Shown here one piece after another: positions 1-8,233 of a DNA stretch of 64,000 nucleotides. This DNA is from Candidatus Eiseniibacteriota bacterium. Lineage in GTDB: Bacteria > Eisenbacteria > RBG-16-71-46 > CAZEPH01. A program made the translations under genes and the position numbers. The notes below the pieces were generated by a model. It was not told the origin of the DNA. It worked only from the letters and a program-made list of their open reading frames with translations, and searched no databases. The stretch's first letter is position 1. Each line of letters begins with the position of its first letter. The stretch lies in NCBI GenBank assembly GCA_044229145.1, contig JBGATO010000006.1, positions 23,872 through 87,871 of the forward strand, in the 5' to 3' direction.

Positions 1-468
1 CGGCGGGCAGGCGCGCAACAGCGCCGCCTCGATCGCCTGATCGCCTTGGTGTTGGCGTTCGAGGCGCACCACGCGCGCCGCGCCGAACGCCCGCCCGAAC
101 TCGCCGAGCGCCGCGTTCACCGCGTCGCGCATCCGGCCGCCCGACGGCACGCGCACCACGAAGGCCTCGCGGGTGGATTCGGCCACCGTGCGCAGCACGC
201 GCAGCGCGTCACCGATGCGCAGCTCCGCCGCCACATCGATGGTGTCCGTGTGCCCCGCGAGCTGGGCAAAGCGCTCGGCGTCGACGTGCGCGGTGGCGAA
301 CACGCCGAGCTCGAGCCGCGCACGTCCGCCGTCGTTCATCTGCGAGGAGGCGTGGCTGGCCAGATAGCCACGCACCGCCTCCGCGGTCTCCGCGACCGCG
401 GAGTGATACGCGTTGAGGGCGCCCGACACTGCGTCGAGCGCGGCGGCGATGCGGTCGTCAGACGGCAT
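1..468 (-). CDS. Hypothetical protein (runs off left edge), coupled to the oxidoreductase beta gene
   Basis: Not in the ORF track. Read manually from ATG at 468: MPSDDRIAAALDAVSGALNAYHSAVAETAEAVRGYL..., open to position 1. Overlaps the beta-subunit end by 11 nt. Confidence 0.75.
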   Translation of the reverse strand, partial: MPSDDRIAAALDAVSGALNAYHSAVAETAEAVRGYLASHASSQMNDGGRARLELGVFATAHVDAERFAQLAGHTDTIDVAAELRIGDALRVLRTVAESTREAFVVRVPSGGRMRDAVNAALGEFGRAFGAARVVRLERQHQGDQAIEAALLRACPP

Positions 469-1414
469 AGCGATCCAGCTCCCGTGCCAGCAAGGTGAGT
501 TTCTCCTCCGCGGTATGCACCGGGAGATGACGGATCTCGTCGTAGCGTGCCGCGGTGTCGCTGCGGTAGAACACGCCGACGCGGAACTTGTCGAAGTCCT
601 CGGCCATCGCGCGTGCCGCGGCGAGGTCGGTAGGATCGTGTTCGACGCGGTTCTTGTAGACGGAGGCAAGCTCCTCCGCCATCACGCCGCGCGGGTGCAC
701 CAGCATCTCGATTTGCCGCACGTCCTTGATCGCCCCGTCGAACATGCCGGGCAGATACGCCGGGCAGCGCTGCACGATGCGCACGAACGACAAGCCATCG
801 TGGTGGTACGCCGCGCGCACCGTCTCGTAGAGGTGATCCGGAATCCACTCCACCGTCTGCGCGACATAGGACACGTTGGTGACGCCGAGCGCCACGCTGA
901 GCGGATTGAGCGGCGGCAGGTACGGCCCGTGCAGCGCGGTGTTGCTCGCCACGCCCATCGGCGTGGTCGGCGACATCTGCTTCTTGGTCAGGCCGTAGAT
1001 ACCGTTGTCGAGCAGCAGCACCACCATCTTCAGGTTGTAGCGCAGCCCGTGCAGCCAGTGCCCGGCGCCGATCGAGGTGCAGTCACCGTCGCCCATCACC
1101 ACGAACACGTTGAGGTCGGGGCGCTGCAACTTGACGCCGGTGGCGATCGGCAGCGCGCGGCCATGCAGGCCATGGAAGCCGTAGGTGTTCATGTAGTGCG
1201 GGAAGCGGCTCGAGCAGCCGATGCCGGAAACGAAGACCGTTTGCTCCGGCACGAGTTGCTCGTCGGCGAGCACGCGTTGGACGGCGGTAAGCACCGAGTG
1301 ATCGCCACAACCGGGACACCAGCGCGCCAAAGCGCCGGCGTAGTCTTCCATCTCGAAGAAATCGTGATCGTCTTCGAGCGAGCAGTCGAGCAGGGTGCGC
1401 GGCGCGGAGGACAT
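458..1414 (-). CDS. korB: 2-oxoacid:ferredoxin oxidoreductase beta subunit (TPP-binding)
   Basis: WCPGCG, SGIGCSSR, HGRALP, GDGD...N TPP motif, YGLTK..SPT. Confidence 0.93.
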   Translation of the reverse strand: MSSAPRTLLDCSLEDDHDFFEMEDYAGALARWCPGCGDHSVLTAVQRVLADEQLVPEQTVFVSGIGCSSRFPHYMNTYGFHGLHGRALPIATGVKLQRPDLNVFVVMGDGDCTSIGAGHWLHGLRYNLKMVVLLLDNGIYGLTKKQMSPTTPMGVASNTALHGPYLPPLNPLSVALGVTNVSYVAQTVEWIPDHLYETVRAAYHHDGLSFVRIVQRCPAYLPGMFDGAIKDVRQIEMLVHPRGVMAEELASVYKNRVEHDPTDLAAARAMAEDFDKFRVGVFYRSDTAARYDEIRHLPVHTAEEKLTLLARELDRYAV

Positions 1415-1427
1415 GCGCGACTCCTTC

Positions 1428-3350
1428 CTAGCGGGTGGCGGCCGGCTGCGGATAACGCGCCCGCAGCGCCTGAGCGATGTGACCGGGACGCAGCGGCTCG
1501 CCGTAGACGCGCGTCCAGCAGTCGACGTCGACGAGCGTGTGCGCGCGCAGCAGCCACGCGAGTTGTCCGAGCCGGCGGTTCTCCGGCGTGATGTACGGCG
1601 CGTCCGGTTCGTCGCTGTAGTTGATCTCCACCGTCATCACCTTGGTGAAGCGGGCGAAGATCTCCTTGAGGCCCGGCTCCATCGGCGACAGGAAGCGCAA
1701 GTGGAGCGACGACACGCGCAGACCGTCGGCGCGCAACCGCGCCACCGCCTCTTCGATCGCGCCCTTCGTGCTGCCCCAGCCGACGACGAGCAGATCGCCG
1801 CTCGGGTCGCCGTTGACCACCGGCGGCTTGAGCGTGTGCTGCAGCACCGCGAGCTTGCGGCTGCGCATGGTGCAGCCGAGTTGGTGCATGTCGGGGTCGT
1901 ACGCAACCTTGCTGCGCTGGTCGTGCGAGAGGCCGGTGACCGTATGCATGCCACCCGGCTGTCCCGGCAGGATGCGGCGCGACAGGCCGGTCTTGTCGTC
2001 CCACTCGAAGGCGCGCTTGCCCTCGGCCGGCTCGCTGGTGTCGATCGGCGCCGCTTGCCAGTGCGCGTCGAGGTCGGGGCGCGGCCACGGCTGCACGCCG
2101 GTGGCGAGGTTGGCGTCCGACAACACGTGCACCACCATGCGGAAGGATTCCGCGATGTAGCGCGCCGTGGTCATGACGTGGAAGCACTCTTCGATGGTGG
2201 CCGGCGCGATGACCACGTGCGGTGCGTCGCCCGGCTGTCCATAGAGCACCGCGAGCAGGTCCGACTGCTCGACCTTGGTCGGCAATCCGGTGGACGGACC
2301 GCCGCGCTGCACGTCGACGATGACCAGCGGCACTTCGGTCATCACCGCGAGGCCGGTGGCTTCCGTCTTGAGCGCGAGGCCCGGGCCCGACGTCACCGTG
2401 AATGCCACCTTGCCGGCGTACGACGCGCCCACCGCGACGTTGATCGCGGCGATCTCGTCCTCGGCCTGGTGCAGCGTGCCGCCGAACTTCTCGAACACTT
2501 CGGCGAGGTAGTGCGACACCGAGGTGGCCGGAGTGATCGGATACATCGCGCACATGTCCAGGCCGGCCGCGATGGCACCCATGCCGATCGCTTCGTTGCC
2601 GTTCATCACCACCATCGGGCGCTGCGACGGCGTCGCGGTGACCTGGATGCGGAAGTCGAGGTTCTCCGACGCCCAGCGCGCGCCGAGCTCGAGCAGCGCG
2701 ACGTTCTGCTCGTAGACCGCCGGCGCCTTCTTGCGGAACTCGTGGGCGATTTGATCGCGGGCGCGGTCGAGATCGCGGCCGAAGATCCAGCACAACATCC
2801 CGAGCGCGAACATGTTCTTCCCGCGCCGCGGATTTTCCATGAGCGTGAGGCACTGCTCCTGCATCGGCACGCGCACGATGCGGTACGGGTGTCCCGCCAA
2901 TTCCTGCATGGCGGCGTCCCACTGCGCGCGGATCGCCTCGTTGGGGTCACTCGCCCACTGCTCTTCGAGGAGGATGATGGCGTCTTCGGCAAGTGTCTTG
3001 GTGCGCACGCGGCCGAGCAGCGCCTGCTCGTTGAACGCGACGATCAGGTTCGTCTCGTCGCCCCAGTTGGTGACCGCCTTCTCGCCGATGCGGATGCGGT
3101 TCCCCGAGGCGCCGGCCGGCGTACGCGGCGGCGGCTGCACCTCGGCGGGGATGATCTCCACCGTCCACACGCCGTTGCCCATCTTGGCGGAGACGGCGCC
3201 GAAGATCTGTCCGCACTTCTGCGCGCCTTCGCCGGAGTCGGACACGATTTCGATCACGTACTCGTGCCGGCGCAGGATTTCCGGGTCGCGGGATCCGGAA
3301 GCCACGCCCGCCGGTGCCGGAGCGCCGGAAGGCTGAGGGCTGGTCGTCAT
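1428..3350 (-). CDS. korA: 2-oxoacid:acceptor oxidoreductase alpha subunit (gamma-alpha fusion)
   Basis: DSGEGAQ N-terminal gamma domain, GNEA, YPITPAT, QAEDEIAA, TSGPG, QRGGPSTGLPT, GWGST. Confidence 0.93.
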   Translation of the reverse strand: MTTSPQPSGAPAPAGVASGSRDPEILRRHEYVIEIVSDSGEGAQKCGQIFGAVSAKMGNGVWTVEIIPAEVQPPPRTPAGASGNRIRIGEKAVTNWGDETNLIVAFNEQALLGRVRTKTLAEDAIILLEEQWASDPNEAIRAQWDAAMQELAGHPYRIVRVPMQEQCLTLMENPRRGKNMFALGMLCWIFGRDLDRARDQIAHEFRKKAPAVYEQNVALLELGARWASENLDFRIQVTATPSQRPMVVMNGNEAIGMGAIAAGLDMCAMYPITPATSVSHYLAEVFEKFGGTLHQAEDEIAAINVAVGASYAGKVAFTVTSGPGLALKTEATGLAVMTEVPLVIVDVQRGGPSTGLPTKVEQSDLLAVLYGQPGDAPHVVIAPATIEECFHVMTTARYIAESFRMVVHVLSDANLATGVQPWPRPDLDAHWQAAPIDTSEPAEGKRAFEWDDKTGLSRRILPGQPGGMHTVTGLSHDQRSKVAYDPDMHQLGCTMRSRKLAVLQHTLKPPVVNGDPSGDLLVVGWGSTKGAIEEAVARLRADGLRVSSLHLRFLSPMEPGLKEIFARFTKVMTVEINYSDEPDAPYITPENRRLGQLAWLLRAHTLVDVDCWTRVYGEPLRPGHIAQALRARYPQPAATR

Positions 3351-3378
3351 GCTGGATCGTCCTCTCGTCGAGATGCGA

Positions 3379-4722
3379 CTACATGAGGTACCGCAGGTAC
3401 ACGTAGACGGTGCAGATGGCGATGTTGAGCACCATCAGCGGGAACGCGACCTTCATGTAGGGCACGAACTTGATCGGGTGCCCTTCGCGCTCCGCGATGC
3501 CGGCCACCACCAGGTTGGCGCTGGCGCCGATCAGCGTGCCGTTACCACCCAAGCACGCGCCGAGCGACAAGCACCACCACAGCGGCATCAGCTTCTCGGG
3601 ACCGCCAAAGGTCGACGCCATCGTCTTGATGAGCGGGATCATCGCCGCCACGAACGGGATGTTGTCGATGAACGCCGACAACACGGCTGACGCCCACAGG
3701 ATCGCCATCGCGGTGATGTTGAGGTCACCGTGGGTGGCGGCGAGGAGCTTCTGCGCCAAGATGCCGAGCAGGCCGGCCTGCTCCACACCGGCGACGACGA
3801 TGAACAAGCCGAGGAAGAACATGAGGGTGACCCACTCGACCTCGGTGAATGCGCGGTGCACCTCGGAGGACTGCTCCTCCGACGGCTTGCCGAGGTTGTC
3901 GAGCAGGAGCAACAGCGCGGCGCCGAACATCGCGATGGTCGCCGGCTCGAGGTGAATCTTGCGCGCGAAGACGAAGCAGCCGATGACGACCGCGAGCACC
4001 GCGAGAGCTTGCTTGAGCAAGCGCGGGTCCTTGATCGCCTCGTGCTCGGCGAGGTTCATCACCCGCTGCCGGTCTTCCGGCGCCGCGTGGAATTCCTTGC
4101 GCCACAGGAAGCGAATCGGCACGAGGGTGGCAAGGAGCACCACGGCGCACACGGGTGCCAAGTTCACCACGAACTCATTGAAGGTGATACCGACACCCGA
4201 GCCGATCATGATGTTCGGCGGATCGCCGATCAGCGTCGCCGTGCCGCCGATGTTCGAACTGAAGATCACCGCCACCAGATACGGATACGGCTTCACCCGC
4301 AGATCCTGCGTGATCAGCAGCGTCACCGGCAGCGTCAGTAACACCGTCGTCACATTGTCGAGGAACGCCGAGAACACCGCCGTCACCAGCGACATCATCA
4401 CCAGCACGCGCCACGGCTCCGCCTTCACCAGCTTCGCCGCCCAGATCGCCACGTACTGGAACACCCCGGAGCGCCGCGTGATCGCGACGATGATCATCAT
4501 CCCCGCCAGCAGCCCGATGGTGTTGAAGTCGATCCCGCGAATCGCCGCTTCTTGCGTCAACACGCCCGCCAGGATCATCACCCCGGCGCCCAGCAACCCG
4601 ACGATGGCGCGGTTGATCTTGTCGCTCATCACCACGATGTAGGTGAGCACGAACAGCGGGGTGGCCACCCATAGGGCGTTCCACCCGAACACGACGTGTG
4701 AGGCCGCTGCCTCCGGATTCAT
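3379..4722 (-). CDS. ArsB/NhaD-family (IT superfamily) membrane transporter, copy 1
   Basis: Highly hydrophobic; SAFLDNVTT, SNIGGTATLIGDPPNI, DNIPF, GACLGGNGTLIGASAN motifs. Start placed at ATG 4722 (MNPEAA) by alignment with copy 2. Confidence 0.9.
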   Translation of the reverse strand: MNPEAAASHVVFGWNALWVATPLFVLTYIVVMSDKINRAIVGLLGAGVMILAGVLTQEAAIRGIDFNTIGLLAGMMIIVAITRRSGVFQYVAIWAAKLVKAEPWRVLVMMSLVTAVFSAFLDNVTTVLLTLPVTLLITQDLRVKPYPYLVAVIFSSNIGGTATLIGDPPNIMIGSGVGITFNEFVVNLAPVCAVVLLATLVPIRFLWRKEFHAAPEDRQRVMNLAEHEAIKDPRLLKQALAVLAVVIGCFVFARKIHLEPATIAMFGAALLLLLDNLGKPSEEQSSEVHRAFTEVEWVTLMFFLGLFIVVAGVEQAGLLGILAQKLLAATHGDLNITAMAILWASAVLSAFIDNIPFVAAMIPLIKTMASTFGGPEKLMPLWWCLSLGACLGGNGTLIGASANLVVAGIAEREGHPIKFVPYMKVAFPLMVLNIAICTVYVYLRYLM

Positions 4723-4807
4723 TCTCAGGTTCTCCGTCGCGGACACCGAGTCCGGTCTCTCCGGCCGCGCGCCAGCACGGCAGAGATGTGCGAGGGGTAC
4801 GCGGCGA

Positions 4808-4836
4808 ATCGTTGTCCCGCATCGTGGGACTGTCAA
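4808..4836 (-). promoter_or_regulatory. Sigma70-type promoter of transporter copy 1
   Basis: Minus strand TTGACA-N17-AACGAT; same layout upstream of copy 2. Confidence 0.6.
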
Positions 4837-5053
4837 TCTGCGACGGGGGTCTACACCGATGGGCAACTAAAGGCTACGTGTGCATACTCCGCCAGCGACT
4901 GCGCGCCGCCAATGCGTTGCGCGCGTTCATTCTGGCAGCGACACGCCGGCGCAGCACAGAGCTGACGCCGGCGTGGATCCGACTGGTGAGCGCCGCTCAC
5001 TTGCTACCATTGGAGAGTGCCGATAGCGCTCGCCAATGCGTCGCCGGCGCCGT

Positions 5054-6394
5054 CTACAGGTAGCGCAGGTAGATATACGCGGTACAGATCACGATGCTGA
5101 GCAGCATCATCGGGAATCCGACTTTCATGTAGGGCACGAACTTGATCGGGTGCCCTTCCCGCTCCGCGATGCCGGCGACGATGAGGTTTGCACTCGCGCC
5201 CACCAGCGTTCCGTTGCCACCCAAGCAGGCGCCGAGCGAGAGCGCCCACCACAGCGGCATCAAGTGCTCGGCGCCACCGAATGCGGGCGCCATCGACTTG
5301 ATGAGCGGGATCATCGCCGCCACGAATGGGATGTTATCGACGAGGGCCGAGAGCACCGCCGATGCCCACAAGATGGCAAGCGTGGTGGCCTTGAGGTCTC
5401 CGCCCGTCGCGGCGAGCAGCTTGCGCGCGAGGATGTCGAGCAAGCCGGCCTGCTCCACACCGGCGACGACGATGAACAAGCCGAGGAAGAACATGAGGGT
5501 GACCCACTCGACCTCGGTGAACGCGCGGTGCACTTCGGAGGACTGCTCCTCCGACGGCTTGCCGAGGTTGTCGAGCAGGAGCAACAGCGCGGCGCCGAAC
5601 ATCGCGATGGTCGCCGGCTCGAGGTGGATTTGCCGCGCGAACACGAAGCAGCCGATGACGACCGCCAGCACGCTCAGCGCCTGCTTGAGGAGGCGCGGGT
5701 CCTTGATCGCCTCGTGCTCCGCGAGGTTCATCACCCGCTGCCGGTCTTCCGGTGCCGCGTGGAATTCCTTGCGCCACAGGAAGCGAATCGGCACGAGGGT
5801 GGCAAGGAGCACCACGGCGCACACGGGCGCCAAGTTGACCACGAACTCATTGAAGCTGATGCCGACGCCCGAGCCGATCATGATGTTCGGCGGATCGCCG
5901 ATCAGCGTCGCGGTGCCGCCGATGTTCGAACTGAAGATCACCGCCACCAAGTACGGGTATGGCTTCACCCGCAGGTCCTGCGTGATCAGCAGCGTCACTG
6001 GCAGCGTCAGTAACACCGTCGTCACATTGTCGAGGAATGCCGAGAACACCGCCGTCACCAGCGCCATCATCACCAGCACGCGCCATGGCTCCGCCTTCAC
6101 CAGCTTCGCCGCCCAGATCGCCACGTACTGAAATACGCCGGAGCGCCGCGTGATCGCGACGATGATCATCATCCCGGCCAGCAGCCCGATGGTGTTGAAG
6201 TCGATCCCGCGAATCGCCGCTTCTTGCGTCAACACGCCCGCCAGGATCATCACCCCGGCGCCCAGCAACCCGACGATCGCGCGGTTGACCTTGTCGCTCA
6301 TCACCACGATGTAGGTGAGCACGAACAGCGGGGTGGCCACCCACAGGGCGTTCCACCCAAAGACGACGTGTGAGACGGCAGAGTCCGGGTGCAT
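5054..6394 (-). CDS. ArsB/NhaD-family transporter, copy 2 (tandem paralog)
   Basis: Same motifs, nearly identical to copy 1. Start ATG 6394 (MHPDSA) preceded by GGAG. Confidence 0.9.
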   Translation of the reverse strand: MHPDSAVSHVVFGWNALWVATPLFVLTYIVVMSDKVNRAIVGLLGAGVMILAGVLTQEAAIRGIDFNTIGLLAGMMIIVAITRRSGVFQYVAIWAAKLVKAEPWRVLVMMALVTAVFSAFLDNVTTVLLTLPVTLLITQDLRVKPYPYLVAVIFSSNIGGTATLIGDPPNIMIGSGVGISFNEFVVNLAPVCAVVLLATLVPIRFLWRKEFHAAPEDRQRVMNLAEHEAIKDPRLLKQALSVLAVVIGCFVFARQIHLEPATIAMFGAALLLLLDNLGKPSEEQSSEVHRAFTEVEWVTLMFFLGLFIVVAGVEQAGLLDILARKLLAATGGDLKATTLAILWASAVLSALVDNIPFVAAMIPLIKSMAPAFGGAEHLMPLWWALSLGACLGGNGTLVGASANLIVAGIAEREGHPIKFVPYMKVGFPMMLLSIVICTAYIYLRYL

Positions 6395-6476
6395 GCAGGG
6401 TCTCCGATCCGGGCGACCAATGGCGCACCACCGCGCATTCGCGCGGCACGCGCCGTGAGGGGGCATGACGCAGCGC

Positions 6477-6505
6477 ATGGTTCCGGGCGCGCGCGAGCCT
6501 GTCAA
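6477..6505 (-). promoter_or_regulatory. Sigma70-type promoter of transporter copy 2
   Basis: Minus strand TTGACA-N17-AACCAT, with the shared upstream TCGCAGA. Confidence 0.6.
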
Positions 6506-6700
6506 TCTGCGAGCGGTATCGAGCACGTCGACTTGGCACCGCCCGCGTCCGCGAATCGCTCGCGCGGGTCGACCATGGTAGACGAATCATCGCGTTCACT
6601 CGCGTCTCCTACATCATGCGGAGTTGGCTTCCGTGATCCACGCGAGCGCCCCACCGTTCGTCGACTTCCCCGTCCTTCCTCCCAGACTGGAGAAACCGAC

Positions 6701-8233
6701 ATGCATTGGCGACCCCTACATACCCGGCGCGTCCTCCTCGCCGTCACCGGGCTCGCGGCGCTCGTGGCGCTGCCGTTCCTGGCGCGTCCGCTCGGCGCGG
6801 CGGCCCCGCCGATGGCGCGGCGCGCCCCGGCGAGCACTCTCGGTGAGTACGTGCTGCTCGGCTGGAATGACCTCGGCATGCACTGCGCGAACAAGATCTT
6901 CGCCGATCTCTGCGTGCTGCCGCCGTACAACAACGTCTTCGCCCAGCTCATCAAGCGCGGCGATGCGAGTCATGCGCCGCAGCTCATGAATGCGCCCTAC
7001 TCCGTGAGCTACGGCATCGAGAACAACACCTATTCGGTGGGCAAGACGGATTTCTGGACCTACGCGCAGCAGTTGTTCGGCGTCGCGCTACCGCCCGACA
7101 TCGGGCTCACCGGCAAGGGCATGTCGGGGACAATGGACGCGAAGGGCACATACTTCGAAGCCGAAGGCGTGCCGATTACGCCGTACAACGACTCGAGCCT
7201 GACGACCTGGTACGCCTACCAGCTCGGCGCGTTGAGCGCCTACGACTCGCTCGGCCGCTCGCTCGCCAGCACCGAGATCGTGGTGCCGGTGAGCAACGAA
7301 CTGCGCTGCGATTCGTGCCACGTCGCCACCCGCACCTACACTACCGATCAGGTCATCCTGCGCAAGCACGACGCGGAGAACGGCACGCACTTGATGGCGT
7401 CGCGCCCGGTGTTGTGCGCGAGTTGCCACGCCGACAACGCGCTCGGTCTCCCGGGCAAGCCGGGCCTGCCGAGCCTCTCCGAGGCGATGCACGACAAGCA
7501 CGGCGACATCGCCCCGAATTGCTACAGCTGCCACCCCGGCCCGGTTACGCAGTGTTTGCGCGATGTGATGTCGCAACAGCACGGCATGACCTGCCAGGAC
7601 TGCCACGGCAGCACCAAACACGTCGCCGAAACGATCAAGAACGGCCGCCAGCCGTGGCTACAGGAGACGCCGCGCTGCGGCACCTGCCACGGCTCGCAGT
7701 ACGCCGAGATCCCCGGCAAACTGTTCAAGGAGTCGAACAACGGACACGGCGGGCTCTACTGCTCGGCGTGTCACTCGAGCCCGCACGCCATCCTGCCGTC
7801 GCGTGAGGAACGCGACAACCGGCAGAACATCGCGCTGCAGGATTCGAGCGGGACGCTGCGTTCGTGCGTGGTGTGTCACGGCACGACGCCGAGCGGCGCC
7901 GGCCCGCATGGTATCTACGCGACCGGCGTGCGCGATCCGCAGCACCGCGGCACGTTCGCGGCGAGCGTGTCGGTGTCACCGAATCCGTCGAGCGGCCGCG
8001 TGCAGCTCGCCTACCGCACCGTCGCGCGCGGTCCGTTGACGCTGGAGATCTGCGATGCGTCCGGCCGCGTGGTGCGGACGATGGCGCGCAGCACCGATCA
8101 ACCGGGCGATCACACGCTGATGTGGGACGGCCTCGACGCGCGCAGCCGCACCGTGCCGCCGGGCGTCTACTATTGCCGCCTGAGCAACGGTGGACAGCGT
8201 GCCTCGGCGCGCCTCGTGCGCAGCGGCCGCTGA
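6701..8233 (+). CDS. Secreted multiheme cytochrome c (7 CxxCH) with C-terminal FlgD-Ig/T9SS-like domain
   Basis: GGAG RBS then ATG 6701; signal peptide; NDLGMHC motif; CDSCH, CASCH, CYSCH, CQDCH, CGTCH, CSACH, CVVCH; C-terminus SPNPS...DASGRVVR...WDG.D..GVYY. Confidence 0.9.
   Translation: MHWRPLHTRRVLLAVTGLAALVALPFLARPLGAAAPPMARRAPASTLGEYVLLGWNDLGMHCANKIFADLCVLPPYNNVFAQLIKRGDASHAPQLMNAPYSVSYGIENNTYSVGKTDFWTYAQQLFGVALPPDIGLTGKGMSGTMDAKGTYFEAEGVPITPYNDSSLTTWYAYQLGALSAYDSLGRSLASTEIVVPVSNELRCDSCHVATRTYTTDQVILRKHDAENGTHLMASRPVLCASCHADNALGLPGKPGLPSLSEAMHDKHGDIAPNCYSCHPGPVTQCLRDVMSQQHGMTCQDCHGSTKHVAETIKNGRQPWLQETPRCGTCHGSQYAEIPGKLFKESNNGHGGLYCSACHSSPHAILPSREERDNRQNIALQDSSGTLRSCVVCHGTTPSGAGPHGIYATGVRDPQHRGTFAASVSVSPNPSSGRVQLAYRTVARGPLTLEICDASGRVVRTMARSTDQPGDHTLMWDGLDARSRTVPPGVYYCRLSNGGQRASARLVRSGR

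Noticed and set aside
4723..4800. Na+/Li+ riboswitch in the transporter leaders
   Set aside because: The leaders of the two copies are not conserved with each other and I could not match a known motif; an Rfam scan would be needed
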